From: an uncultured Bacteroidales bacterium
Lineage (GTDB): Bacteria > Bacteroidota > Bacteroidia > Bacteroidales > UBA3824
Direction: 5' to 3'
Assembly (NCBI GenBank): GCA_947168365.1
Contig: CAMVLO010000007.1
Span: forward strand, 8,642 to 72,641
DNA: 64,000 nt
Each line of letters opens with the position of its first letter. Position 1 is the stretch's first letter. The notes under the pieces are model-generated. The model was given only the letters and a program-made list of their open reading frames with translations. It did no database searches and was not told the origin of the DNA. The position numbers were made by a program, and so were the translations under genes. Shown piece after piece: positions 19,084 through 29,285 of the stretch.

Positions 19084-20381
19084 TGGTTGCACTGTTGGAG
19101 TACACGTTGGAGGCAGGTTTGATATTTTATCTGCTAATAGCTTTCTACAACAGTGTGTATTATAGCTTGTGTTACAACAAATGGAACAGAATTTTCCTTT
19201 TGTTGACTGTTTTTCTAAGTTACGGTTTGCCATTGCTGAAAATCAAACATCATGTTCACGGTTTCAAGACTGAGGATGTTTTGATTGTGGATGTTACTAA
19301 GGATAATGGTGTTGACTTGATAACTTTTAAGACTGAACGCACAATCGGTACTTTGTGGTCGGAGTTTCTTGATTCGCAGTTCTTTGAAAATTTGGTGTTA
19401 ATTATCTTTGCAGTGTATGTGGCGGGAGTTGCTGTTAAGCTTTTTACGTTTTTAAGAGGTTTGTACAAGACTTTAAGACTGAAACTCAATCCTGTAACGG
19501 CTGTGTTGGAGGATGGTACTAAGGTTTATAAAACAAATCTCAATACGGTGGCGTTTTCGTTTTTCTCCAATATTTTTGTCGGGAAAAAGGCTGAATCTCT
19601 GGATGAGAAGGATTTGAAAATTATTTTTGCTCATGAGAAACAGCATATTAAAGGCCGTCATTCTGTTGATACTTTGATTTTCGGATTGTATTCTGTATTG
19701 CAATGGTATAATCCCGCAGTAAAAAGAGCGTCAAGACATTCAAGATTTATTTGTGAGAATATTGCAGATAGTAGTGTGGGCGGCGATGTTTCGGATTATT
19801 CGCGTTTGATTCTCCGTTTGGGGGCAAGTAATACGGACAAAGAGATGTTAAAACCGAGAAAAAAGCGACTCAATAGTTCTATTGCGCAAAGGATAATTCA
19901 CCTTTTCAACAGGGACAGCATCGAGGTGAAAAAAACAAGGTTTTTGCTTTCGTTACCTGTTCTTGCGTTTTTGGTTGCAACTTATATTGTTCTTGCCGGA
20001 ATTTTTACGCGGGAGCGTGAGGGTTGGGACGTGCCGGTGGATGGCAGGTTTAGGATAAGTTGCGATTTTTTTGAGAATTACACGTATCTTGACGACGAGC
20101 TTTATGTATTGTCGCATCGTCAGATTGATTTGCAGGTGGCAACACATTCTAAGATACTTGCTCCTATGAGCGGTAAGCTTAATTATGTTTCCGATAATGA
20201 AATCATGATGATGAATGATAGTATTACAGTGTTTATCGGCGGTATTTTGGTAAAAGATGATTTGTCTGATGTTAGAGTCGGCGATGTAATCGGCAAACCT
20301 AATCAGGAAGGTCATCCGGTTTTTATCAAAACTTGTAAAAACGGTAAGATTGTAAATCCGAAATCTGTTTTTAAGTTATAA
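19083..20381 (+). CDS. M56 (BlaR1-type) metallopeptidase with C-terminal M23-like domain
   Basis: N-terminal TMs, AFSFF, HEKQH zinc motif, WYNP. C-terminal HRQIDL, VRVGDVIG, NGKIVNP. Confidence 0.85.
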   Translation: MVALLEYTLEAGLIFYLLIAFYNSVYYSLCYNKWNRIFLLLTVFLSYGLPLLKIKHHVHGFKTEDVLIVDVTKDNGVDLITFKTERTIGTLWSEFLDSQFFENLVLIIFAVYVAGVAVKLFTFLRGLYKTLRLKLNPVTAVLEDGTKVYKTNLNTVAFSFFSNIFVGKKAESLDEKDLKIIFAHEKQHIKGRHSVDTLIFGLYSVLQWYNPAVKRASRHSRFICENIADSSVGGDVSDYSRLILRLGASNTDKEMLKPRKKRLNSSIAQRIIHLFNRDSIEVKKTRFLLSLPVLAFLVATYIVLAGIFTREREGWDVPVDGRFRISCDFFENYTYLDDELYVLSHRQIDLQVATHSKILAPMSGKLNYVSDNEIMMMNDSITVFIGGILVKDDLSDVRVGDVIGKPNQEGHPVFIKTCKNGKIVNPKSVFKL

Positions 20382-20398
20382 TAAATAGGAGGTATTAT

Positions 20399-20608
20399 AT
20401 GAGGACACGAAATGATGAAAATCATCGGATGTTATATTTTCAGATCGGTCTTACAATTGCACTCGCGATTGCACTTTTTGTGATAAATTACGAGACGCCG
20501 AAGACTGTTTATGAAAACAATCAGACAGAAATTTCCGGTTTGGAGATGCAGAAGGTTGGGGTAACAGACTCAAATTCAGTGATATTGCCTCCGGAAATAA
20601 AAAAATGA
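20399..20608 (+). CDS. Short protein resembling the TonB N-terminal anchor (possible fragment)
   Basis: YFQIGLTIALAIALFVINYE parallels FFEVGLIVALGFFWWLFEF of the next gene. Confidence 0.5.
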   Translation: MRTRNDENHRMLYFQIGLTIALAIALFVINYETPKTVYENNQTEISGLEMQKVGVTDSNSVILPPEIKK

Positions 20609-20744
20609 AATAATTTAACAAAAATTTCATTTTGCAATAAAAAATATGTAATTTAGCGGTGTCAAAAAATATCAGCTTTTTGAGATTGCGACACTATATT
20701 ATTTATATGAGTATTTACTAAACTTAATAAAATTTTTTATACAG

Positions 20745-21437
20745 ATGGAACAAAAGAAAACTGAATCTGCTAACCTCGATAATAAGAGAACGATATTCTT
20801 TGAGGTTGGTCTTATAGTTGCTTTGGGGTTTTTTTGGTGGCTGTTTGAATTTTCTTCAAAGGTAGAAAAAGCAGAAGAACTTGTAGATAACAGAGATCAA
20901 ATTGTGGATGAAGAAATGATTCCTGTAACCCGTCAGGAAGATGTAGTATTGCCTCCTCCACCTCCTCCACAACAGACTATTACCGACGTGTTGGAAGTCT
21001 TGGAAGATAATCAGGTTGTAGAAGATTCTCCTACAATTCAAGAAGAAGATGTTGAAAAAGTAGATTTTTCAGCTCCTATCGAAGAAGTAGAAGTTGTAGA
21101 AGAAGAACCGGAAGAACCTCAAGTATTTTTCATTGTAGAAGATATGCCTGAGTTCCCGGGTGGTGAACTTGCTCTTAGAAAATATATTGCAGAAAATGTT
21201 CGTTATCCGGAAATGGCTAAGGAAAACGATATTCAAGGTACAGTATATGTTCGTTTCGTAGTAGACGAGCAAGGTAAGGTTACCAACGTAGAAGTAATGA
21301 GAGGTGTTGACCCGTTGTTGGATAAAGAAGCTATCCGTGTTGTACAATCGCTTCCGAAATGGAAACCCGGTAAACAACGTGGTAAAGCTGTAAAAGTTAG
21401 CCACTCAGTGCCTATCAAATTCGCTTTACAGAATTAA
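20745..21437 (+). CDS. tonB: Energy transducer TonB
   Basis: N-terminal TM, Pro-rich linker, VEDMPEFPGG, YPE.A...IQG.V.V.F, LD.EAIRVV, WKPG. Confidence 0.93.
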   Translation: MEQKKTESANLDNKRTIFFEVGLIVALGFFWWLFEFSSKVEKAEELVDNRDQIVDEEMIPVTRQEDVVLPPPPPPQQTITDVLEVLEDNQVVEDSPTIQEEDVEKVDFSAPIEEVEVVEEEPEEPQVFFIVEDMPEFPGGELALRKYIAENVRYPEMAKENDIQGTVYVRFVVDEQGKVTNVEVMRGVDPLLDKEAIRVVQSLPKWKPGKQRGKAVKVSHSVPIKFALQN

Positions 21438-21461
21438 TTTTTACTTTAAATAAATTGTTTC

Positions 21462-21500
21462 AGCTGTCATGAGGATTTTTTCTCGTGACAGCTTTTTTTT
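21462..21500 (+). terminator. Terminator after tonB
   Basis: AGCTGTCATGAG...CTCGTGACAGCT followed by a T run. Confidence 0.8.
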
Positions 21501-21546
21501 TGACTTTTATTTTTCTTAACATCTTATCTTGCTGTCTGCATTTGTG

Positions 21547-21626
21547 TTTTATCACCGAATTAAACGAATTAAGACAAATCTTGAAATCGAAAAAAATCGT
21601 TTTATTGGTTTAATTCGGTGATAAAA
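21547..21626. repeat. Short AACGAATT-family palindromic element
   Basis: TTTTATCACCGAATTAAAC / GTTTAATTCGGTGATAAAA inverted repeat. Confidence 0.75.
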
Positions 21627-21841
21627 AGAAGCGGGGGAGGAGCGAAGGATTTGTACATCTTATTACAATATGATTAATTGTTGATATTTTTTATCGTTAT
21701 TAAAGTTTTTGTAATTTGCCATAAATCAATTTTGTAGTAAAAAAATCAGTTTTGGCTCGCAAATTGTTGATAAAAAATTTGTAGTTTATATTAAATTTGC
21801 TTAATATAGCGGAATATAAATTTTGTACTAAATCCAATAAT

Positions 21842-22654
21842 ATGCAAGATAAAAATACAAATGGACCTATCGTAGTGCCTTGGGATTATTCCGAAAAGGC
21901 AGAGTTTGCATTGTTGCACGCAATAGATTTTGCAAAAGCCCTCGATCGTGAGATAATTCTTGTTCATATTACAAAATGGGAAAATGACATCGCCCTTAAT
22001 GTTGAAAGACTAAATTTGAAGGCAGAAGATGTTATGGTTCAATACGGTATTAGACCTTCTGTAATTGTAAAAACCGGAAATATTTTTACAGAAATAAAAT
22101 CTATAGTATCAGAATGTAATGCCGAACTTGCCATAATGGGTACTCACGGCATGAAAGGACTTCAGAAATTTACCGGGAGTTGGGCATTGAAAGTAATTGC
22201 CGGAAGCAAAGCTCCTTTTTTGGTGGTGCAGAACAAACCGACTGAAGCCGATATTCATAAAATTGTTTTGCCTTTGGATTTCAAACTTGAGGAACGCGAA
22301 AAACTTGTTTGGGCTAATTTCCTTACTCAGATTTTCCGATGCAAATTTTATCTGTGTTATATCGAAAATTCTGATATTCAAATCCAAAAACGTACTCAGG
22401 CTAATATCAATGCAGCTGTAAAATATCTCGAAAGCAAATCGATCAACTATGAACTCAAAAGACTTGACGGCAAAGACGGTTTGGCAGCCGAGTCGGTAGA
22501 TTTTGCTGAAAGTATCGGTAGCGGACTTATTATTATTATGACTACCAAGAATTTGCGTTTTCAAGATTATGTACTTGGAGCCGCAGAGCAGCAGATAATT
22601 GCTAACGAAGCCAAAATTCCTGTGATGTGTGTTAATCCTATGCCTGATAAATAA
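21842..22654 (+). CDS. Universal stress protein (tandem USP domains)
   Basis: IVVPWDYSE..FAL, MGTHG..G...FTGS.A.KVI. Confidence 0.9.
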   Translation: MQDKNTNGPIVVPWDYSEKAEFALLHAIDFAKALDREIILVHITKWENDIALNVERLNLKAEDVMVQYGIRPSVIVKTGNIFTEIKSIVSECNAELAIMGTHGMKGLQKFTGSWALKVIAGSKAPFLVVQNKPTEADIHKIVLPLDFKLEEREKLVWANFLTQIFRCKFYLCYIENSDIQIQKRTQANINAAVKYLESKSINYELKRLDGKDGLAAESVDFAESIGSGLIIIMTTKNLRFQDYVLGAAEQQIIANEAKIPVMCVNPMPDK

Positions 22655-22725
22655 TCGGCAGATATTAGTTTTTTTTCAAGAAAAATATTTACATTTGTGT
22701 TTGCAAACAATAGATATTTTTTTTG

Positions 22726-23796
22726 ATGGAAAAGACTGAAGATAACAAATACATCATTGGTATTACCCAAGGAGATATAAACGGAATCGGCTATGAAGTG
22801 ATTTTTAAAGCACTTGCCGATCCCGAATTTTATAATGATTTTACAATAGTGATTTACGGTTCGCCAAAGATTGCCGCTTACCACCGCAAGATGCTTGGTA
22901 TCTCTAATATCACTGTCAACAATGCCAAAGACGCTACTGATTTGGTACCGAATAGTATCAATATCATAAATGTTTGTGACGAGAATACACGAGTAGAACT
23001 CGGTAATTCTACAATTCAAGCCGGAGAGTGTAGCGTGGCAGCTTACAACAGGGCTCAAACCGACCTTAAAAATAATCTTATTGATATCCTGATTGCTGCG
23101 CCTACCAATCAATTTAATATCAGCGATGCGGGTTTTAGATTTGCAAGCTGTTCAGAGGCTTTGGCTCAGGAATTTAATATCAGAAATTTTGTTATAACAT
23201 TTTTGGGCGAAAAGTGTAGAATTGCTACAGTTACAAGTGCTATGCCTGTTGCTAAAATCTCAGAAAATATCACTTCGGAAAAAATTCTTTGGAAAATACG
23301 GACTCTCAACAAGTCGTTGAAAGAAGATTTTACAATCAGCAAACCGAAAATCGCAGTTTTGGGTATCAATCCTTATGCTTCTGATTACGGAGTTTTTGGT
23401 ATCGAAGAGGGCGAACGCATATTGCCGGCTATTGACAAAGCTTATCAGGAAGATATTGCATGTTTTGGCCCGTATAGTCCGGAAGGATTTTTCGCTTCGG
23501 AGGCTTATAAAAAGTTTGACGCTGTTTTGGCGATGTATTACGACCAAGCTGTTTTGGCGTTCAGACTTATAGAAGGCAACAAAGGTGTTTGCTATACAGC
23601 AGGTTTGCCGGTAGTAAGCGTTTCTACAATTCATGGTCCGGCTTACGATATTGCCGGAAAGGGTGTTGCTGACGAAACTTCGCTTAAAAATGCAATTTGT
23701 GCAGCAATTGATATCTCAAGAAACCGTAAACTTTTGGAAGGAATAGTTCCGCTCAAGAAAGTAGCTGAGGCTGAATCTGAAAAGAAAATCTGTTAG
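22726..23796 (+). CDS. pdxA: PdxA-family protein with degenerate active site
   Basis: GITQGDINGIGYEVI, TAGLP, AYDIAGKG are present, but the canonical His motifs are replaced (NPYASD, MYYDQ). Confidence 0.85.
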   Translation: MEKTEDNKYIIGITQGDINGIGYEVIFKALADPEFYNDFTIVIYGSPKIAAYHRKMLGISNITVNNAKDATDLVPNSINIINVCDENTRVELGNSTIQAGECSVAAYNRAQTDLKNNLIDILIAAPTNQFNISDAGFRFASCSEALAQEFNIRNFVITFLGEKCRIATVTSAMPVAKISENITSEKILWKIRTLNKSLKEDFTISKPKIAVLGINPYASDYGVFGIEEGERILPAIDKAYQEDIACFGPYSPEGFFASEAYKKFDAVLAMYYDQAVLAFRLIEGNKGVCYTAGLPVVSVSTIHGPAYDIAGKGVADETSLKNAICAAIDISRNRKLLEGIVPLKKVAEAESEKKIC

Positions 23797-23802
23797 AAAA
23801 AA

Positions 23803-24255
23803 ATGAAAGTTGTAATACAACGATGCCTTGAGGCTTCGGTAACAATTGACGGCGTAGTAAAAGGCAAAATCGGACAAGGTTACATGATTCTTGTTGGCTT
23901 TGTTGCTGACGACACCGAGGAGGATATGAAATGGATTGCCGGAAAAATTGATGGTTTGAGAGTTTTCAACGATCAAGACGGTGTAATGAATCTTTCTATT
24001 CATGATGTAGACGGCGATATATTGTTAGTCAGTCAGTTTACATTGCATGCTATGACCAAAAAGGGCAACCGTCCGTCTTATATTTTGGCTGCGAAACCCG
24101 AAATTGCAAAACCGATGTACGAAAAATTTATTACTATTTTGGAAAATCAGTTCGGTAAAAAAGTTGAAACCGGAGAATTTGGTGCTGATATGAAAGTAAG
24201 TCTTATCAACGATGGTCCGGTTACGATAATTATCGACAGTAAAAACAAATTGTAG
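23803..24255 (+). CDS. dtd: D-aminoacyl-tRNA deacylase
   Basis: MKVVIQR, VSQFTL, KGNRPS, FGADM..NDGPVT. Confidence 0.97.
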   Translation: MKVVIQRCLEASVTIDGVVKGKIGQGYMILVGFVADDTEEDMKWIAGKIDGLRVFNDQDGVMNLSIHDVDGDILLVSQFTLHAMTKKGNRPSYILAAKPEIAKPMYEKFITILENQFGKKVETGEFGADMKVSLINDGPVTIIIDSKNKL

Positions 24256-24266
24256 TAAGAAAAAAA

Positions 24267-24593
24267 ATGACAATAGAGGAAGCGCAAGCCAAAGTGGATT
24301 CTTGGATAAAGACTTACGGCGTAAGATATTTCAATGAGCTTACAAATATGGCGGTTCTCACCGAAGAAGTGGGAGAGGTGGCGCGTATTATTTCCAGGAA
24401 ATACGGCGAACAGAGTTTCAAAGAGTCAGACAAAAACAAAGATCTTGCTGACGAACTCGCTGATGTACTTTGGGTAGTGATATGTCTTGCAAATCAAACC
24501 GGGGTAAATCTTACTGAGGCTTTTGAAAAAAATCTTGCTAAGAAAACTTCGCGCGATAGAGAAAGACATCACAACAACGAAAAACTGAAATAA
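24267..24593 (+). CDS. MazG-like nucleotide pyrophosphohydrolase
   Basis: LTEEVGEVAR, ELADVLWV. Confidence 0.92.
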   Translation: MTIEEAQAKVDSWIKTYGVRYFNELTNMAVLTEEVGEVARIISRKYGEQSFKESDKNKDLADELADVLWVVICLANQTGVNLTEAFEKNLAKKTSRDRERHHNNEKLK

Positions 24594-24618
24594 ATAAAGG
24601 TTAATAAAAAAATAGATT

Positions 24619-25479
24619 ATGGAAAATTTCTCTTTTGAAAAATGGGGTTCTGCACTTGTAGACAGCAAACTCACATTTTACAGCAATCATCCGTTGCAAC
24701 CAACTGTTGAGATGTTGAAAACAATTTATTCTTGTATTGATTTAACATCGCTTAGCAATACTGATACCGAAAAAACAATCACTGAAATGGTGAATGGTGT
24801 TAACAATTTCAAGAAACAGTATCCGGGTTTCAACAATGTTGCAGGTATTTGTGTTTATCCTAACTTTGTACAAACTGTTAAGAAAACTCTTGAAGTTCCT
24901 CAAGTAGAAGTAGTTTCGGTGGCAGGCGCATTTCCTCACGCTCAAACTGCACTTGATCTCAAGGTAAGAGAAGTAGAAGATGTTTACAAATACGGTGCTG
25001 ACGAAATTGATATCGTAATCAATGCCGGTGATATAATTGAAGGTCGTCTTGATAAGGCAGAAGAAGAAGTAAAAGCAATGAAGGCTGCTGCTCACAGTGC
25101 CAAACTCAAAGTAATTCTTGAGACAGGTGCTTACAAATTTGATGCTGATATTTATAACGCATCAATTGTAGCAATGAAAGCCGGTGCTAACTTTATTAAA
25201 ACTTCTACCGGAAAAATGAGTCCGGCTGCTACTCCGAGAGCTGCTGTTATTATGGCATTGGCAATTGTTGATTATCAGAATGCTACACAGCGCGAAGTAG
25301 GTTTGAAGGTTGCCGGCGGTATCCGTACAACTCAAGAAGCTGTACTTTATGCTCAGATTATCAAAGATATTCTTGGCAAATCTCGTTTTGAAAAATCATC
25401 ATTCCGTATTGGAGCTACATCTTTGGCTAAAAATGTTTTGGCTGACTTGAATCAGATGTTGCTCAACGGTGATAAATAA
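24619..25479 (+). CDS. deoC: Deoxyribose-phosphate aldolase
   Basis: IDLTSL, GADEIDIV, LKVILETG, FIKTSTGK, KVAGGIR. Confidence 0.96.
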   Translation: MENFSFEKWGSALVDSKLTFYSNHPLQPTVEMLKTIYSCIDLTSLSNTDTEKTITEMVNGVNNFKKQYPGFNNVAGICVYPNFVQTVKKTLEVPQVEVVSVAGAFPHAQTALDLKVREVEDVYKYGADEIDIVINAGDIIEGRLDKAEEEVKAMKAAAHSAKLKVILETGAYKFDADIYNASIVAMKAGANFIKTSTGKMSPAATPRAAVIMALAIVDYQNATQREVGLKVAGGIRTTQEAVLYAQIIKDILGKSRFEKSSFRIGATSLAKNVLADLNQMLLNGDK

Positions 25480-25545
25480 TGATATTTATATATATTGTTC
25501 ATGGCATCCGGCATGGTAAGTTTTTTTACTGTGTCGGATTTTTTT

Positions 25546-27495
25546 TTATCTGAACGTAAATTTATTTTTGTTCGGAGTTTGGGTGGAATTGTTCGTGACT
25601 TTTTTGTATTCTGATTTTTTGAGTTTGTGCGGATGGTAAATAGAAATTCGGGTAGAATAATATTTATTACCGTCGAGTTGCAAAATGTATTGACCTTCAG
25701 GAAGTTCTGCGGTATGTATTTCTATTTTACCGTTGTTAGGTATTTTGCCACGCGTACTTTCTTTTGTCTTGATATCGCGAAGGATATACCATGAATATTG
25801 ATTTTTGTAATCCGAAATCAATACTTTTACTTTGCCGGTTTTAGTTTCGGAATTTATTGTAATTTTATCGTCTGTGTTTGTAATTTTTGCTTTGTTTACA
25901 GTAGACCCTTTGCTGATAATCTCGCTGTTGGGATCAAAAATTACATATTTTACTGTAAAATTGGGTATTACTGTAAAAAACTGGTCTTGATTGAAATTGT
26001 TGAGTCTGAAAATAGTCTGTTCGTCGTTGAGACCGAAGAAAATCAACGGAATTTTTACTCTGAAAATATTGTTGCTGCTGTCTGATGCGTTTTGATGAAT
26101 TTTGATGTTAACAAGACCGTCAGACATCTGTTGCCATTCTATTTTGTAAATCGGAAAACCTGTACCTAAAATCCATTGGCGGTAAAACCAATCCATATTT
26201 TTGCCCGAAATAATATTTACAATTTTGAAAAAATCTTCGGCTGTAGCGTTGTGATATTTCAATCTGAAGTCGTTTACGTAGGCTTTCATTGCTGAAAAAA
26301 ATGCTGCATCGCCGATTTCTCGTCTCAACATGTGTAATACCATTGCGCCTTTGGAGTACGATGTTTCGTGACAAAATATATTGTGATAATCAGTAGTATC
26401 GGGAATAAAAATGCAACTGTTGTCGTATTTGCAAGCCTCTTCTATTTCGTGTTTGCGCCATTGTTCGGGGTAGCGGCCTTGGGCGTAACCTTTTTCGGTA
26501 GCAAGATATTCGCAATAATGTGCAAATCCTTCATTTACAAATACATCTTTCCACGATTTGCAAGTAATCATATCGCCAAACCACTGATGCGCCAATTCAT
26601 GAATCATCAAATCGAGTTCAAAATGACACAAAAAGCTTATAGTTTGATGTTCCATTCCGCCGTGCCAACCGAATTGAGCGTGTCCGTATTTTTCGTCGGC
26701 AAAAGGGTAAAGTCCAAACGAATCGCACATCATCTTAAAAGCATTTGCAAGTTTCCAAGATTTGCGTTTGCATTGTTCGTAACGTTCAGGATATACGTAA
26801 TTTACAATTTCAATAGAATCGTTGTTAATTGTTACCCAATCGGAATAAACTTTGTATTCGGTAACCGCTACAGCCAACAAATAATAAGCGCACGGGTAGC
26901 GATGATGCCATTCAGTAATGCGGGTAGCACCTGTAACAATTTCGCTGTAAAGTTTGCCGTTGGAAACTGCTCTGTATCTTTTGGGACAGCTGATAATGAT
27001 ATAAGAACTGTCGATTTTGTCGCTGATATCTTGTTTGCACGGAAACCAATCTTTTGCGCCGTAGGGTTCGCTGAGAGTCCAAAACGCAGGAATATTTTCG
27101 TGATGATCAAAACACACCGAGCCGATACCTGTTTTTTGAGGTTTTCCTCCGTAAACAATTGTAATACTGTCGGTTTCTTGCCAAACATTTTTGGGGTATA
27201 TTATTAACTTGTTGTTGTCTTGAGAGAAATTCAACCTTGTATTATAATTGTGTAGAATGCAACTTACGGTAAGCGAATCCGACAAATCCAATTTGATAGG
27301 CAAATCTCTTTCGTTTCGGTTTTTTAAAGAAAAATAATGAGTAGTATAACCGTTAATATATTGAACAGCAGGGTCTACGTTTATGTACAGACGCATGAAT
27401 TTCATGTTGATACCGGCTTCGTTTTTGGGGCGACCGATTCCAACATTGATAGCGAAACACACCGTCAATATCGAAAAAATAATATTTTTTAACAT
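25546..27495 (-). CDS. Secreted M1 family aminopeptidase
   Basis: GGMEHQ, HELAHQWFG...NEGFA, YSKGA. Signal peptide and possible T9SS C-terminal domain. Confidence 0.92.
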   Translation of the reverse strand: MLKNIIFSILTVCFAINVGIGRPKNEAGINMKFMRLYINVDPAVQYINGYTTHYFSLKNRNERDLPIKLDLSDSLTVSCILHNYNTRLNFSQDNNKLIIYPKNVWQETDSITIVYGGKPQKTGIGSVCFDHHENIPAFWTLSEPYGAKDWFPCKQDISDKIDSSYIIISCPKRYRAVSNGKLYSEIVTGATRITEWHHRYPCAYYLLAVAVTEYKVYSDWVTINNDSIEIVNYVYPERYEQCKRKSWKLANAFKMMCDSFGLYPFADEKYGHAQFGWHGGMEHQTISFLCHFELDLMIHELAHQWFGDMITCKSWKDVFVNEGFAHYCEYLATEKGYAQGRYPEQWRKHEIEEACKYDNSCIFIPDTTDYHNIFCHETSYSKGAMVLHMLRREIGDAAFFSAMKAYVNDFRLKYHNATAEDFFKIVNIISGKNMDWFYRQWILGTGFPIYKIEWQQMSDGLVNIKIHQNASDSSNNIFRVKIPLIFFGLNDEQTIFRLNNFNQDQFFTVIPNFTVKYVIFDPNSEIISKGSTVNKAKITNTDDKITINSETKTGKVKVLISDYKNQYSWYILRDIKTKESTRGKIPNNGKIEIHTAELPEGQYILQLDGNKYYSTRISIYHPHKLKKSEYKKVTNNSTQTPNKNKFTFR

Positions 27496-27748
27496 TTTGT
27501 AAAACGTGAAAAATAGACCCGGAAAAATTTTTTATGAACAAATTCGGTACAAAGTTAATATTCTAAATGCTTAATACACAATTTTTTTGAGTTTTTTTTT
27601 GAAATTTCTTAATAATTAGCGGACGAAAAATAAAGATTTAATATACAATGATTTATAAAAAAATTTTTTTTTGTGGTCGAAATTTATTTACTTTGCAGCC
27701 ACAAATTAAAAAGAACACATAGTAAAAATTTAAAAAATTTAATTAATT

Positions 27749-27985
27749 ATGTCAGACATTTCTTCACGCGTAAAAGCAATCATCGTAGACAAACTCGGTG
27801 TTGATGAATCAGAAGTAACAGAAGAAGCAAGCTTCACAAACGACTTGGGTGCAGATTCACTCGATACAGTTGAATTGATTATGCAGTTCGAAAAGGAATT
27901 CACAATCACAATTCCGGACGATCAAGCAGAAAAAATCGCTACTGTAGGTGATGCAATCAAATACATTACAGACAACACAAAGTAA
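27749..27985 (+). CDS. acpP: Acyl carrier protein
   Basis: [14 protein letters not shown]. Confidence 0.98.
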   Translation: MSDISSRVKAIIVDKLGVDESEVTEEASFTNDLGADSLDTVELIMQFEKEFTITIPDDQAEKIATVGDAIKYITDNTK

Positions 27986-28015
27986 TTTTTTAAAAGCACT
28001 AAACACAAGAGTTTT

Positions 28016-29263
28016 ATGGAATTAAAACGCGTAGTTGTAACCGGCATGGGAACTATTAATCCCTTAGGCCACAATATAATCGAGTTTTGGGATAACTTGA
28101 AATCTGGGGTAAGCGGTGCAGGTCCAATTACCCGTTTTAATCCCGAAAAATTCAAGACTCGATTCGCATGTGAAGTTAAGGATTACGATCCTGCTAAGTT
28201 CTTCGACAGAAAATCTATTTCTAAGATGGACTTATTTACCCAGTTTGCCATGATTGCAACTGATGAAGGTATGAAACAAGCAGGTTTGGAAAATGCTGAT
28301 TTCAATCACGAACGGGCAGGTGTGATTTGGGGATCTGGAATTGGTGGTATCAATGTGATGACCGATGAGGTTATTGAATTCACCAAAGGTGACGGTACTC
28401 CTAAATTCAGTCCCTTCTTTATACCTAAAATGATCGGTGACATCGCTGCGGGTCAGATTTCTATGAAATATGACTTGCGTGGACCAAACTATGCCACTGT
28501 ATCAGCATGTGCTTCGTCTACTCATGCAATTATTGATGCATTCAATTGGATTAGACTCGGCAAAGCTGACATCATGATTACAGGAGGTTCTGAATCTCCT
28601 ATCGGAATTGCTGCTCTCGCAGGTTTCAATTCTATGAAAGCTTTGTCTACAAGAAACGATGATCCTAAAACAGCTTCAAGACCTTTCGACAAAGACCGTG
28701 ACGGTTTTGTGATTGGCGAGGGCGGCGGATGCTTGATTCTTGAGGAATACGAACACGCAAAAGCTCGCGGCGCAAAGATATTATGCGAAGTAGCCGGAGG
28801 TGGTGCTTCGGCTGATGCTCATCATATTACAGCTCCTCACCCTGAGGGACGCGGCGCAGCTCAAGTTATGAGAATGGCTCTTGAGGATGGTAATGTTAAA
28901 CCTGAAGAAATCGATTACATCAATGTACACGGTACTTCTACAGGTCTTGGCGATAAATCTGAATCATTAGCTATCAAACAAGTATTTGGCGAACATGCTT
29001 ACAATTTGAGTATCAGTTCTACTAAGAGTATGACTGGTCACTTGTTGGGTGGTGCCGGTGCTATTGAATCTATTGCTTGCGTTCTCGCTATGCAAAATAA
29101 TACTGTACCGCCTACTATCAACTTCCAAACCCCGGATCCGGATATCGATCCAAAACTTGACATTACTCCTAATGTCGCTAAAGCGAAGACTATCAAAGCC
29201 GCTCTTAATAATACTTTCGGTTTTGGCGGTCACAACGCATCTGTGGTTTTCAAGAAATTGTAA
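28016..29263 (+). CDS. fabF: 3-oxoacyl-ACP synthase II
   Basis: RVVVTGMG, SACAS, HGTST, KSMTGHLLG, FGFGGHN. Confidence 0.97.
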   Translation: MELKRVVVTGMGTINPLGHNIIEFWDNLKSGVSGAGPITRFNPEKFKTRFACEVKDYDPAKFFDRKSISKMDLFTQFAMIATDEGMKQAGLENADFNHERAGVIWGSGIGGINVMTDEVIEFTKGDGTPKFSPFFIPKMIGDIAAGQISMKYDLRGPNYATVSACASSTHAIIDAFNWIRLGKADIMITGGSESPIGIAALAGFNSMKALSTRNDDPKTASRPFDKDRDGFVIGEGGGCLILEEYEHAKARGAKILCEVAGGGASADAHHITAPHPEGRGAAQVMRMALEDGNVKPEEIDYINVHGTSTGLGDKSESLAIKQVFGEHAYNLSISSTKSMTGHLLGGAGAIESIACVLAMQNNTVPPTINFQTPDPDIDPKLDITPNVAKAKTIKAALNNTFGFGGHNASVVFKKL

Positions 29264-29285
29264 GCCTTAAAAACAAGACAAAGTA

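Noticed and set aside
26368-27207. Long antisense ORFs (279 aa here; also 55533-56282 and 62379-63041)
   Set aside because: They lie opposite well-supported genes and show no recognisable motifs.
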